In this document: piece by piece, positions 22,389 through 35,262 of the stretch | How the letters are laid out: each line of letters begins with the position of its first letter | Numbering within the stretch: position 1 is the stretch's first letter | NCBI GenBank assembly: GCA_030704615.1 | Contig: CM060732.1 | Location: 29,636,001 to 29,700,000, forward strand | Reading direction: 5' to 3' | Origin: Takakia lepidozioides | Lineage: Eukaryota; Plantae; Bryophyta | Length of the DNA: 64,000 nt | Position numbers and translations under genes: made by a program | Notes under the pieces: generated by a model | What the model saw: only the letters and a program-made list of their open reading frames with translations | Told to the model about the DNA's origin: nothing | Databases searched by the model: none

Positions 22389-22943
22389 GATGCATAAAGA
22401 AAGATGTGAGCTGAATAAAGATGTGTCCCCTGTTTATTGAAATAAACTTAAAAAGAAGAAAAAGATGTTGCTACGTTGCATTGACCAAAGATTCTAGTTG
22501 AAGCGCATCAACAATTGCGAGTGCTACTTTCCAACTTTAGTAAACACCCAAACTTACTTTCTCTCGGAAGGAAAATGTGAAAAGAAATCAAGTTCAAGTT
22601 TTTCTCGACGGCAGCGTCACTCTCGACAGAAACACGACGCATGCGGGTTTCAAATCGCAGTGCACCGTCGCAGTGGTGGGGACTTTCGAGTGCGTCAATA
22701 ATCATCTTTTGCTTCTGCAACTGACCCATCAAATCTCTGAAAGAATTGTCTGGGTTTGTATGCTTGGGGAGCTCAGTCCAAGGTACTTTTTGTCTTGCGC
22801 TAAAGAGTCCATCTTTTTGGCTTTGACATACCAGATTTGCAGAAGAGAATTCCTTGCCTGTCTGGGGCCCCAAAGCAAGGAACAAATTTTGTCGATTTTG
22901 CAGCTGGAGCCTTCTTCAGAGGGACAAAAATCTCTGCTGAAAG
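22389..22943. promoter_or_regulatory. Probable bidirectional promoter between the CX9C gene and ERMP1
   Basis: Divergent start codons only 555 bp apart. Confidence 0.5.
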
Positions 22944-23352
22944 ATGGCAAGACATAGGTTACCTTCGAGGCCAAATGGGGATACCCCCCGGGACCGAAAG
23001 TTCTCGTCAGATGCCTCTAAAATCCTGGAAGGAGAATCGGCTTCAGAGAATCCGGCGAAGGTGAATGACATGGGAACTCCTCACAGACCTAAGAAAGCTG
23101 CTTTGGATTGGATAGCAATGCTGGTGGTGATAATCTATGGTACATGGCTGGCGTACTACTATCAGTCTGAGGGACTACCCGTACCTGTATCCGAGTCAGC
23201 GGCTGGAAAGAGGGGGTTTTCGGAGGAGAGAGCTTATAGGCATGTCAAATTCCTCACCCAATTGGGGCCCCACCCCGTTGGCTCTGAGGCCCTCAAGCAT
23301 GGCCTTCAGGTAGGACGCAAATGTGGTGTTCTGCGAAGTTTCCTAACATTTG

Positions 23353-23383
<31 letters not shown>

Positions 23384-25275
23384 GGGGGAGAGAGAGAGAG
23401 AGGCTGGGTTAGTAGTAGCCCCACCTAAATTGGATAAAATCTGGAAAAACTGGGTTGTGAGAGGAAAGAGTCTTTTGGCATGTACTGAAGCAAAGAAGAC
23501 AAATGCCCTGGCAGGTGGGAACCCTGCCTCCATTTGTGGTGGTTTCTATTCTGGAGACTCGTGACCCGTGAAAGAAATACTGAGAGTACTATTGTGATAA
23601 CTGCTGGTTTCCACTCTTACTTTGATGGCCTGGTTTGTTAAATGTGAGCGTTGGTGCATATGGTGGAGTGAGACTCCCCATCCTCTGGTCTGCTCTTTGG
23701 GTCAGGACTGTCTGCTCACCAGCATGCATTCCAAGGAGCTTCATGCCGAGACTTTTTCTTCATATCTTGTGCTTTTGGCTCTAAAGTAGCCTGTGCTTCA
23801 AGAGTCATGTTGAAGCTTGGGCTCCTTGATTTCTGGATGTGCCCTGTTCTTGGCCTTCAGTGGCCAGGCTGGGGTTCTGTTGGGCCTCCTGCTTCAGGAT
23901 AGTGTTGGACACCATAGCAATGGATCATCATTTAAGATCCAGAACCTCATCATGGAAGTGGACTAGTTTTGATATCCTTTGTTTGAGTCAAAGTGGAACT
24001 TGACTAGAGGTGCTTGTGTGCGGGCGTCCATGGCCCAAGGAGATGGTACTGCCTTATCCTACATGCTGACTGTGGATCTCTCTTTCTCACAGTGAGACAC
24101 ATAGCCGGTGTCTGCTGACATATTTCTGGGAGGTTTTGTCCTACATTTTGCAGTATGTGCTAGACACAGTAACTGAGTTTACAGAAACAGCAAATCCCGA
24201 TGTCGAAGTCGAAGTAGATTTTTTCCATGCAAGACCTGGAGTAAATCGGCTTGAAGGGGGCCTATTTCGGGGGAAGACTCTCGTATACTCGGGTTTAAAG
24301 CATGTGGTGGTGCGAATTCGCCCAAAGTATCTCGACAGTGCAGAAGACAATGCCATTCTCGTGTCCTCCCATATTGACTCAGTAATTACATCGTAAGTTT
24401 TGGTAATTGAATACTCCTCACTAAGTGTATTTGAGAGAAAACTCCAACATTTGAAACCCCTTCCAAGTTGGTGAACCACATGAGGGGTTTGAGGATGAAG
24501 GATATGCGTTTATTAGTGGTCCTTTTATACTTTGCCTATAAGGCATGAATGCTTTATTGCCAGGTTGAACGTGCTCAAACATAATAGTGGTAGCGCTATG
24601 GCTGCTTTGCTCTCACCTCTGATTTGTTTCGGATTGATAAACAAGGCTCCGCTGTTCTCATCTCTCTAACTGGCTTATGCTCTGGGACAATTCGCTTCAA
24701 GGCTACACTCACAGAGAGTTTGCGATGTGTTGAATTTTCTTTCCAGTTCTCATGGGGTGCTTTTCAATTCATGGCTACCGGTGAGAGCTTTGATGTTACA
24801 CTGCAGAGAGGGAGCTGGGGACTGCAGCTCATGTGTGGGGGTGATGCTTGAACTGGTGCGCGCTTTGTCCCACTGGGGACATGGCTTCAAGCACTCAGTC
24901 ATTTTCCTTTTCAATACAGGAGAGGAAGAAGGCCTCATTGGTGCCCATAGCTTTATAACACAGGTGCATTCCATGTCCGTGCTGTTTTTCTTACGAGGCA
25001 GAGAGAGGAAGAGCAAAAACGTCTTGGTGAGATCCTGCTTATCAGAAAGTTGTTCTGTCAAAAAATGTGCTGTTTACTGCAGTCACTGTGAAAGTAAGCT
25101 GAAATATTGATGGAACACATAAGGGAGATACTACCACTGGAGTCCGTATCTCAGGTCGATAGAGCCACATGTGACTTTGTGGATGTGGCTGCAGCATCCA
25201 TGGAGGGACACTATTCGTGCTGCGATCGACCTGGAGGCCATGGGTGCAGGGGGAAAACACTATCTGTTTCAGGCC

Positions 25276-25309
<34 letters not shown>

Positions 25310-28300
25310 AATCTTTCTCTCCCCTGTACTCTCTCCCCTCTGCTCTTCAATGTTTTCATCAATCAACTCCTCGAGGATGTGGAAAGTGAGGGATTTGGGT
25401 TAAGGGTGGGTGATACCACCATACCAGCCCTTATGTTTGCGGATGACTTCGCAGGCATAGGGGAGACTCCAACCAATCTCCAGGAGTTGATTGATTGCGC
25501 GAAGAGATACTTTGATCTTTGGGGGCTAGAGGCTAATGTCAGCAAATGTGCAGTGGTAGCATTCAACGACAGAGGAGAGGGAGGAAGTGATCTTAAGTGG
25601 CAGTGGGGTAGTCAAGAGATCCCGGTCCTCCCTTCCTACACTTACCTGGGCGTTGAGTTCTCCTCCAATTGTAATTGGGATGCACATATCCGGAAAGTTG
25701 TTCAAACTGGCAAGGGCAAAGCTCTGGGGCTCACTAAATTTTTCCACTGCAGAGGGGTCAACTCTGAGGTTAAGAAAACCATGCTTTGTCGCGTTATTAG
25801 ACCTGCCTTGGAGTACGGATCTGCTATATGGGTTGATAACTCCAACCAGGCTAAGTCTCTAGAATCCATTCAAGTGGGGTGCTTAAGGAGTGTATGTCAG
25901 CATGCTCCAAAACAGCCAATGTGGCTGTTCGGGGTGAGTTTGGCATTCCGTCCTTAAGCTCCCGACGAGATGAATTCAAGGTCAGATGGTGGGTTCAGCT
26001 GCAACATATGTCCAACACCAGATATCGTAAGTTAATCGACTCTATATCTTGGAAACAGGACCGCCCTGTCAAACAGGCGAAGTCCTGGCAGAAGAGAGTA
26101 GAAGAGATTCTCAAGGACCTGGACCTGGATCCGCAAGTCTTTACCCTGCTGCATAAATCTGACTTAGAGGCTGTAGTATCCAAAGCCATGTCTGTTGCCA
26201 TGAGATTGTCTGATGAAAATGAAGTTAGGCAGAAAACTTCCCTGAACTTGTTTCCAGTCAGTGACATGGGGGAGGACAATCTTGGATGACCTCAAGGGTC
26301 TACCCACTCTCGGCACTAGACTGAAATTTAAACTCAGGGCAGGAAGCCTACCTTTGAACAGCAAACAGAAGCAGGGAGGAAAGGGAGAGTGCAATTGCCC
26401 GTTGTGTGGGCAATCTGAAGACAGTATTCATTTTCTGATACACTGTCCGGGGTTCTCTCACCAAAGAGACGCTCTCTTCAAATCTATCAAGGGAATTGTG
26501 CCTGTACCCCTGTTTACCAACTTTGAAAGTCTCGAGGCTGAGCCAAAAGGCCAGGCCCTCCTGAGGCCTAGTTTTTGGGCAAATCACACACAGCAGATTG
26601 ATGCTTGTGTGAAGGGATTTCTAGAGGATATCTGGAAAACCCGGATTAATTCTATATATGGAGGTAAGTCTTACTACCAACGTCAGCCCCTGACAGAGGT
26701 AGGTTCTGTCCCTTTTGTTCCCGCTCAAACTGGGCGCGGGGTCAATAGCCACAAGGCTAGGGCAAACAACGACTTATGAGTACAATCTCTCTTTAATCTT
26801 GGGTAGAATATTTCAGGTGGGATAAAATGATTTTTTCCTACGTATGTCCTGAAATTGACAAGTAAACACTTGCTGCAAAATTCATTCCCTGGCCTAGGGC
26901 CTTGTGGGATTCATTGCCCATATGCTGGTTATAAATTTAGGGTTTCAGAACCCTAACCCTGCAATTTAAGCTGCTACCTGAAACTACGACAGTGTCGGGC
27001 ACACAGCTCACCGAGCTCTGCCTTCAAGAGTTTTTCAACAAGGCTGCGGCTAGCAAGATTTAAGCGCAGTCTAGCCTTCATTATGCTGGTCGAGCTTCCT
27101 ATATTCTCACCTCAGCTTTAGGTTGTTATTTGGATCTACTGTTCGGCTGCAGGTTTCTTCCGTGTTATTCTTCTTGTGTCCATGGGCCCTTTGGGCCTCC
27201 CACAGACGTGGTTAGAAATTCTTAGGCATTCCCTTGATTAACAGTTGTTTTTGGGTTGCTTGTTGGATGCCCCAATCTCTTTCTTGTTTCAAGCTTTCTC
27301 ATTACATAAGCTCTTTGAGCTTTCAAAGGATGTTATAAAGCATCATTTCATTTCTCTTACTGCGTTGTTCTGCTGTGTCCCATTGGCCCTGGGCCTCCAA
27401 CGTAATAGATTTTCTTTTTCTTTCTTTCTTTTGTGTCCAACTCGCTCTCTTGGAAGAGGTTATGTCTGCGTGATCTGTTGTAGGTCCTTGTCAATCTTCG
27501 TGCCAATGCGTCAGTGGATTTTGAGAGGGCATGCTGGTGTTCTTGCAGGCTGGCCCCAACAAATGGCTGGTGGAGATGTATGCAAAGTCTGCTAAATATC
27601 CTGCAGCAATAATGCTAGCTCAGGTTTGACATTTTAACTCATTATAGAAACATAAATAATTGTAAGAGAGAATCAGTGCTTGTCCAATCTTTCAGCCCTT
27701 TAAAAGTTGCTGTTTAAGTCCGAGTGTTCGTATTTCTACGTTATATCTGTAATACCAGACTCCCCTATCACAGGATTGTGCTACTGTGTACAAGTGATGT
27801 GTGGATTTCCAACCAAGTGGGGTGAACCCGGGATTGGCTTGAAAGAGTTAGTATCCCAAGAATCTATACATCAAAGCTGCCATTTGCACGGATGAGTACA
27901 TTAACGGGCTTCTGATATAAGGTTGACTGTCGGAGATGCCCTCACTGTTATCAGTCTTAGGACTACAGACACTACCCTCTATTGAGCGAGTGCAGGTTCG
28001 GTTGCTCTGCAGGACGTTTTCCTCTCAGGTTTGGTAAAGTCTGCGACGGATTTGCAGATCTACCGTGAGATTGCAGGCGTTACTGGGCTCGATTTTGCAT
28101 ATATGGATAATGCGGCTGTTTATCACACTCGGGTAACTATGGCATTCTCTTCAGTGGGTTTTCTTACTTGTGTTGTGGTTGTTTTGTTGAGCCGCTGCTG
28201 TGGACAGACATGGTAAATGTAATAATCAAGTTATGACTAAATTTAGGTTCATGTTGTCCAGTCTGTTCAAACTTGGAAAGTAATTGATGGTGTCTTACCC

Positions 28301-31300
28301 ATGACCTAACTTGGGTTCTGCAAAAGTTTTTTCATATCTGCCCCATTTAGGGTCAATTATTCATATGACAAAGCGGGGGCAGATGAGAATCTGACCACTG
28401 ACAAATTAAGAGTGCCTGTGAATTGTTGCTCGGATGGGAGTGCAGAATGACAGGCTGGCCTTGGTGCGGCCTGGGTCTCTTCAACACTCAGGAGACAACA
28501 TGCTGCCTTTGTTGCGCAAGGTGGCGACCTTGCCAGACCTTGCTTTTTGCAATCCGACATACTCGACTGGCCGGGCCACGATGGATGTTGTTTACATCGA
28601 CATTCTGGTAAGTTACAGGTATATGGAGGGAACTGGTGAAGAATTTCTAAAGAGAGGATACCCTCTATAGGCTTGTTATTTTAGACCATACATTTTGACT
28701 GGAGCAGAAAGGGTTACAGGAGGGATGGAGAGAAAGAAAGAAAGAAAGCAACAATCCAATTTCCCAGTGGGGGCGCCAGCGCTCATGTTCGCATTTCTTA
28801 GTAGGCATCACCACTACCTGGGATTCGGTGCCCTGCAAAGGGGCCTTGATTTAACGACTTCAATTCTGTGGGGTGGTTCATGGCAGGGTCGTTACATGTT
28901 GACTTACAGCCAAGATTTTGCCAAACAGCTCAACCTCACAACTGTATTTCAAGGGCTTGTGCTTCTCTATGCGTCTCTCTTCCTCAAAGGTTTCCCAGCC
29001 TTTGCTGCCTTTGGCTTGGCCGTCTTGGCTGTCTATCTGATGTGGGTATTGGCCATTGGATTCACTCTCTTCATTGCCCTGGTTGTTCCTTCCTTGAACA
29101 CTTCGGCAGTTCCCTTTATGGCTCATCCGTGGTTAGTAATTGGCCTATTTGGGGCTCCAGCTGTGCTAGGCGCTCTCATTGGCCATGCCTTTGGTCACCA
29201 CCTTTTGGTCAAGTACCTGTCGCATGTGCAAGAGCAGAAACAGTTGAGGAAACAACAGAGACCAGCTGAGGGCAACCAAGACACTACCTCTCTTAGTGTG
29301 GTATCAAATGTACAGTGGGAGGCTGAGAGACTGCTGTTCAAGGCAGGCATCTTTCAATGGCTGGTGGTCCTAACAGTGGGCACATGGCTCAAGGCAGGGT
29401 CATCATACTTGGCACTTGCTTGGATCATTGGGCCTGCAGTGGCATGTAAGTTTGCAACAGTTTGTTCTAGATTCATTTTGTCTTTGTAGTGGGCAATGAG
29501 AGGGATTCAATCTGTGGCTGTCAGTTGCATTTCACATTGTTGATTTTACCTTGCAAACAGTTTTTTTTCGGATGGTTTACTATCAAGTCACTTTTTTGTA
29601 CTCGACCAATGTAAAGGACTGTTCGGGCCTCAAATGCGATGATCAGTCCGGTATTCTATTCTTTGTTTGTCAGAACTGTTGTGCCGGTGTTGTTGGCCTT
29701 CTGTGTTTTGCACGTTTTGCACAAATGAGCACCTTTTTGGGACCAGATTCAACTGTAGATCAAAATGGGATTTTCTGACAAATGGTTACTACAGTAACTT
29801 TAATTCACATCGACAATGGCAGATGGAGTGTTTGAGATGCAACTGTCACCACGGCAGTCCTTGAGGGAGCTTCGGCGCCTGACATTTTGGCTTGGCATGA
29901 TAATCCCAATAATATTGAGCGCTGTGCCAGCCATCCGCTTGCCCCATGTGCTCATTGGCATGCTTGTGAACTTTGACAGGTTCGTTCTTTCCTCTTTCCA
30001 TCTGTGCTACTACTCATCCGCTGCTGGAGGGCCCATGAGAGAGTAGAGAGAGCTCGAGCACAAGAGCTATTCTCCTTCAAGAGTAGGCTCTCATCTGAGG
30101 CCTGTAAAATGTGCGGCATAAAGCATCAATTTATGGTTTACACCATACATACACATGTAACGAGAATGTCATGCAATTTCTGAACACGGTTTATGGCAAC
30201 CAGCTAAGTTATAGTAACAAACAGTGCTACTGACTGCACTGTTGAAGGTCTCTTGTAGGCTTTACTGTCTCATCTATGAACACTACTGACTTCTAAGACC
30301 TCTGGCAGCCTGCAGGAGGCAATCGATGAGGTTGTCATCTTGATTATGAAGTTGCTCTCTAGCGGATATTCCCTAACGTGGGTGTAAGAGATGGGGTTTT
30401 TTTAAACAGACATCCAGGTAGTATTCCTGAGTGGACGGGGAGCGTGATGATAGGGGCAGTAATCGCTGCCATCGTCTGCCTGATGCTGGTTTACTTGCTG
30501 CCATTTGCACACCGTTCTGGTGAGCTTATCAATATCCATGTATAGTATGGCAGGAAACGCAGCTCAAGAGCTACTTGGAAGTCTATGTGTGCCTTTCTGT
30601 GGGTGTCCACACACTCCTGAGGTTGAAATGGAAACCATTAGCTTGATGTTCTTCTTATTCCTGCTATGGACTGTTGTTTGGTGCAATGGTAGTTTCACTT
30701 GGCATGACACTGTAGACTTCAACTCGGGCAGACTTTTTATTTTATTCGTTTGGGTTGATGTTCTGGTCCCTTTCCGTTCTCCTGCAAGTACAGTATTAAT
30801 CACATGAGAATGGAAGGTTCTGGCTCTGCCAAATGCCCTCTGGGTCTCTTATGAACAGTTTTTCTTTTTCTTTCTTTCGTTCCCGCTTCCTTTTTTCCCG
30901 GTGGAAAAAAACCTGGGACTGCTGCAATCGTCTTTCTTCCAAGGATGCTTGGAGCTAGAGGTACAACACCATCACAAATTCTATGTGTGGAATTTGTTTG
31001 CATCCCACTTCAAACTGAGGCCATCTTCCAGCTTACAATCTTTCTACAAGGTCACAGCCCTTCCACCCAAAGGGCTGACAGCCTGGGCCCTCACAACATC
31101 TATCAGGCTAAAAACCGCTGTTTTCAAGCCTCCTGGTATGCTCGGGTGTCCAACTCCTTTGAGTTCTGCGAAAGAAGAGATCGCGCTCTGCAAATAATGG
31201 GCTATCTGTTGCTTCCCTATGCCACAAAAGGCGGAGGGGGTGGAAATTGCGTCCAAACAGGACCGCAACGGATGCATCAGACAAACTTATGGATCTTCAG

Positions 31301-34115
31301 ATCAGGCGGACATGGAAACTGGCCACTCTAACAACAAATCCTGCAGTTCTATCGGGAGACATTCTTGGTCATCCGTGACAATAGAATCTTGCGGCCCAAT
31401 TATCTGTCTGCAGCTCTCTCTCCCTCTCTTCTAAGGGCATTGGGGAGTTCAGGGTAGGATCATCGTCTGCGGATAGAGACTGGTAGGTGGGAAAACTGGG
31501 AATGTGAGGACCGCCTTGGCAAATTGAAATGGAAGAACATTTTCCTTTCACTGTCCTTTCTACTATGAGATCCATGGGAGATTCGATTGTCTATTCGGTA
31601 ATACCAATCCTTCACAGAGGTCTTCCATTACAAGGATCAGAAATGCTTGGCAGCTTACCTGCATGAGGCATTAACTGTTAGACAATCCCTTGAGCAATAG
31701 TAGCTTTTGGGCTGCTTGTGGAGGGCCCAACGCTGGCTTCAACATCACACTCACCAGGTCTTGTATCCACCCACTCATTTGTAATCTATTATCATTGCAT
31801 CATCCAGGGGGGGGACCGCCTGAGGAGTATAATGAATTCCAAAAGTTCAATCGTGCCTCGAGCTGTTTCTGAACTTGAAAGACATTTTCCCTCCCTCCTT
31901 TGGGCCTCTCATGGATGTAATTTCCTCTTTTTCTTGTTGCTCTATTTTGTTCCATGGGCCATTGGCCCCTGCATGGACATTATGATATGTCTCTGAGTTC
32001 ATGCGAGTCCTGTACAGGAGGCTTGCTTTGGATTCTTGGAACCTTGGCTCTGGTGGGAGTGGCGACACTGGGGCTTGTTGTCTTCCATGTCTTCCCTGCA
32101 TTCTCCAAGGATATTGGCAGGGCTGTGAATGTAAGACTATTTCCTGAACTGAATTGCTCCAACTCGCATTTTGGATATTTGTAAGATCTAGTGTCCAAAT
32201 TCATCAATGTGCTACAGTAGTCTGAATGCTGAGGTAGTAGAGACTCAGAGGAGAGAAGATTGTTGAGTGACTGATCAAAATGGTCTGAATGACGCTATAG
32301 AACAGGGATCCAGGATGTATGGGTTGGTAGAGTGCACTGCATGTTTACTGGGCTCTTTTATAGACTGAAATCTAAACTCAGGGCGGGAAGCCTACCTTTG
32401 AACAGAAAACAGAAGCAGAGAGGAAACGGAGAGTGCAAGTGCCCGTTGTGTGGGCAACCTGAAGACAATATTCATTTTCTGATTCATTGTCCGGGGTTCT
32501 CTCACCAGAGAGACGCTCTCTTCAAATTTATCAAGGGAGTTGTGCCTGTACCTCTGTTTACCAACTTTGAAAGTCTCGAGGCTGAGCCAAAAGCCCAGGC
32601 CCTTTTGGGGCCCAATTATTGGGCAAACCACACACAGCAGGTTGATGCTTGTGTAGTGGGATTTCGAGAGGATATCTGGAAAACCCGGATCAATTGTTTA
32701 TTCCAAGGTAAGTCTTACTACCGGCGTCAGCCACTGACAAAGGTAGGTTGTGTCCCTTTGTGCTCCGCTCAAACTGGGTGCGCGGGGTCCATGGCCACAG
32801 GCTATGGCAAACAACTTCTTATGAGTACATTCTCTATACTGATTATGAGTTTGATCGATTGTGCCCAGGTAGTGCATGTCATTGACACCAATGCCCCAGC
32901 TGGTGACCCAACATCGCCACGGTCATACATTTCCCTGGCATCATTAACTCTTGGAAATTGGAACCGGGAGTCTCAACTTATGAATGACACGAGCCTTGTG
33001 TGTGGTGCCAGTGATGGTCCTGATTTTGCAACCTATGCAGTTAGGTATGGTTCTCTGGAAACCAAAAGGACCTTTTCACAGATAAGCTGTTGATGAGAAC
33101 TGATTAGGAAATCTCTTGTACCTACCAGCCTGTTTGTGCTGTGCGAGAACTTTGGGAGAGAAAGGTAGATCTCTTTTGACAAGTGAAGTGTGTCTAATCA
33201 TTATAGCTTCTGGCAGCTACGGGTGTCAAAAAGCAGTACCTTTGGATGAAAGCTTGTGGAGCAAGCGCCCTTTGCTTGAAGTGACTAGCGACACAAGGGT
33301 TGATGGACAGAGGGAGACAACTGTGCACTTGAGCACTGGAGTAGCAGGCCGATGGTTCCTGGCTATTAGTTCCAATGAGATCCAAGGATTTCAGTTGGAT
33401 GCTGTTCCCAAGGAAGGAGGTATATCTTCTTGGCACCATTTCCTATCAGTATTATGTCCATGCTTTTGGGGTTTGTTTGGTGTAATTTGTGTAGATGCAT
33501 GCATAGAATCATGTTTGATGGATGGTTCAGTATATACCATGTAACAGAGCAAGTGTTTATGTGTACGTATATGCATGCATAGGTGGGGTCACTTTTGGAG
33601 AGATGGTTGTCTTGATGGAGGGAGAGTGATTCACTGATCCTCCCAGGTCTGACTCGGAGTATGTAGGTCTCCGCATGCATGGAATGATGGTTTTTTGTTC
33701 GTTGCTGGAGGATGATGCTCACTCATGCGGAGATGTGCTTTGTGTGGTCCATATAACAGGTTTGAAAGAGGTGCTAGTTCCCACAGGCGACATCGTGGGA
33801 GTGAAGGGATGGCACTACATGCAGTACACCACCGACTTGAATGGCCCCCATGTCTTCTTGCTCACTTTCCACTGGTCAAAGAACTCTACAAGGGAAGAAA
33901 GCTTGGCTGGGAGAGGCAAGTCAGATGCTGCAAAACTTTTGAAGTTGAGGACAGATGTGAATTTTACGACCGCTGAAGCATCTAGTATGCTTGAGAAGCT
34001 CCCGGATTGGTGTGTCATCTTCAGTAAATCAACATCGCCGTACACATTGGCTTACCTCGCCACTCTTACAGTAGACCTCGATGGTCCCCCTCCGGACTCG
34101 CATACTACCTCATGA
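22944..34115 (+). CDS. ERMP1: ER metallopeptidase 1-like M28 Zn-peptidase, multi-exon membrane protein
   Basis: Exons encode GFSEERAYRHV..LGPHPVGS, ILVSSHIDSV, GAGDCSSCVGVMLEL, FLFNTGEEEGL, IDLEAMG, SATDLQIY..GLDFAY..YHT, RPGSLQHSGDN, TM segments and the C-terminal KLRTDVN..KLPDWC..KSTSPYTLAYL. Stop at 34113-34115. Confidence 0.92.
25316..26785 (+). mobile_element. Second, more 5'-truncated copy of the same LINE, in an ERMP1 intron at a (CT)n tract
   Basis: Near-identical to ~7570-9166. 15-bp TSD TCTCTCTTTAATCTT at 25301-25315 and 26786-26800. LMFADDF and CPLC..EDSIHFLIHCP motifs. Confidence 0.93.
31080..31260 (+). mobile_element. Possible decayed hAT (zf-TTF-like) remnant in an ERMP1 intron
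   Basis: Translation KNRCFQASWYARVSNSFEFCERRD resembles the R-x-F-x-x-x-W..LEYS..D start of TTF-type zinc fingers. No TIR or TSD seen. Confidence 0.3.
32360..32830 (+). mobile_element. Diverged 3' fragment of the LINE family (subfamily variant) in an ERMP1 intron
   Basis: RLKSKLRAGSLPLN..CKCPLC..EDNIHFLIHCP; ends CTTATGAGTACATTCTCT like the other copies. Confidence 0.88.
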
Positions 34116-35236
34116 AGGTCCTGTTTGGACTCTCGGTGCCAAGGGTGACATCATTACAAATGACTGAAAACAGTTTCGATGGTCACCAGAAGCTTGACAG
34201 CACCAAAACTGCATTGACTCTTTGTGACCCCACAACCCTCACTGCACTCCAGTGTACAGACTCCACAGCATCTCACCGTGAGGTTGTATCTTCATGGTAA
34301 CATTGGCCCCCTCCACTGCCCCAGTATACTTTCTTGTGGTGACTGCACACTCAATGGGGTGGTGATGTTTTCTTGGCTTTGTAAGAAGATCTGGATTTCC
34401 CAGATTCTGAGGGACCTGATTTTTCTTCCCACAAATCTTGCAAATCTAGTGCAGGAGCAGATGCGACCTGAGAAAATGAGGGGGCGCTCCAAAGATGGTT
34501 TCACTACCGCCACCATCAACTAGTATTGGATAGATTTGACATTGCTGCACGCAATAGCCATATCCTGTATACTAGAAAGACAATCTGAATGACAGGGTTA
34601 ATAGACCCCAGTCTTCAGTGTTTGTTTGAAATGGTGTACTTGAAAATCTACATAACTAAATGCAATGGGTACCCTACTTTAACACCGAAACGTAATTGTT
34701 TGAATGGCACTCCCAAACACCCTTGGTGTGATTGCCAAAACATCAAATGTATGGAAGAAATGTGGATATTGAGAACATTGCATAAGCGCTCCAAGTGTGA
34801 CTGCAAGGGAAGGAACGAACCGAATGTGCGATCGGCATTCCCAATGGGCCCCACGAAAGCCAGGGTTTGCTCCCTTCATCTTGCACACTGCACACCATCA
34901 GCGTGAATGTGCAGAGCTTGCGAGGTTGCTCGCTATTGGGGTGTACACGCTTAGACCTTCATTTTCCGAGTGCAATGCAAACAAACCACAGTGTCCCAGG
35001 CGTTAGAGACGAGTGTCCTATTAATTTGACGAGAACGTTTCACAAATTTGGCCTGTCCACCCATCTGCGACGGTGAACCGTGAACCCCCGCCTTTTGCAG
35101 TCGTGCCTGGCGCTAATGAAAGCAACACGACCAACTCCAATACTGTAGCTGCAGTGTGAGCTCTAACTTACATTTGCTGAATTTAGACAGTTACAAGTAA
35201 GTGGCTGCAGTCAGGAGCGATTGCCCACTTGAGGGT

Positions 35237-35244
35237 TAGGGTTT
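35237..35244 (-). promoter_or_regulatory. telo-box (AAACCCTA) just upstream of DPH1
   Basis: TAGGGTTT about 20 bp before the ATG. Telo-boxes are common in plant translation-related gene promoters. Confidence 0.4.
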
Positions 35245-35262
35245 AGAGAGGGTACGTGAAAG

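Noticed and set aside
26937-26960. Inverted telomere-like motifs TTAGGGTT..AACCCTAA
   Set aside because: Too short to indicate a telomere fusion.
34770-34990. GC-rich, hairpin-capable stretch before DPH1 as a possible ncRNA
   Set aside because: No recognisable snRNA, snoRNA, SRP or telomerase RNA motif; an Rfam search would be needed.
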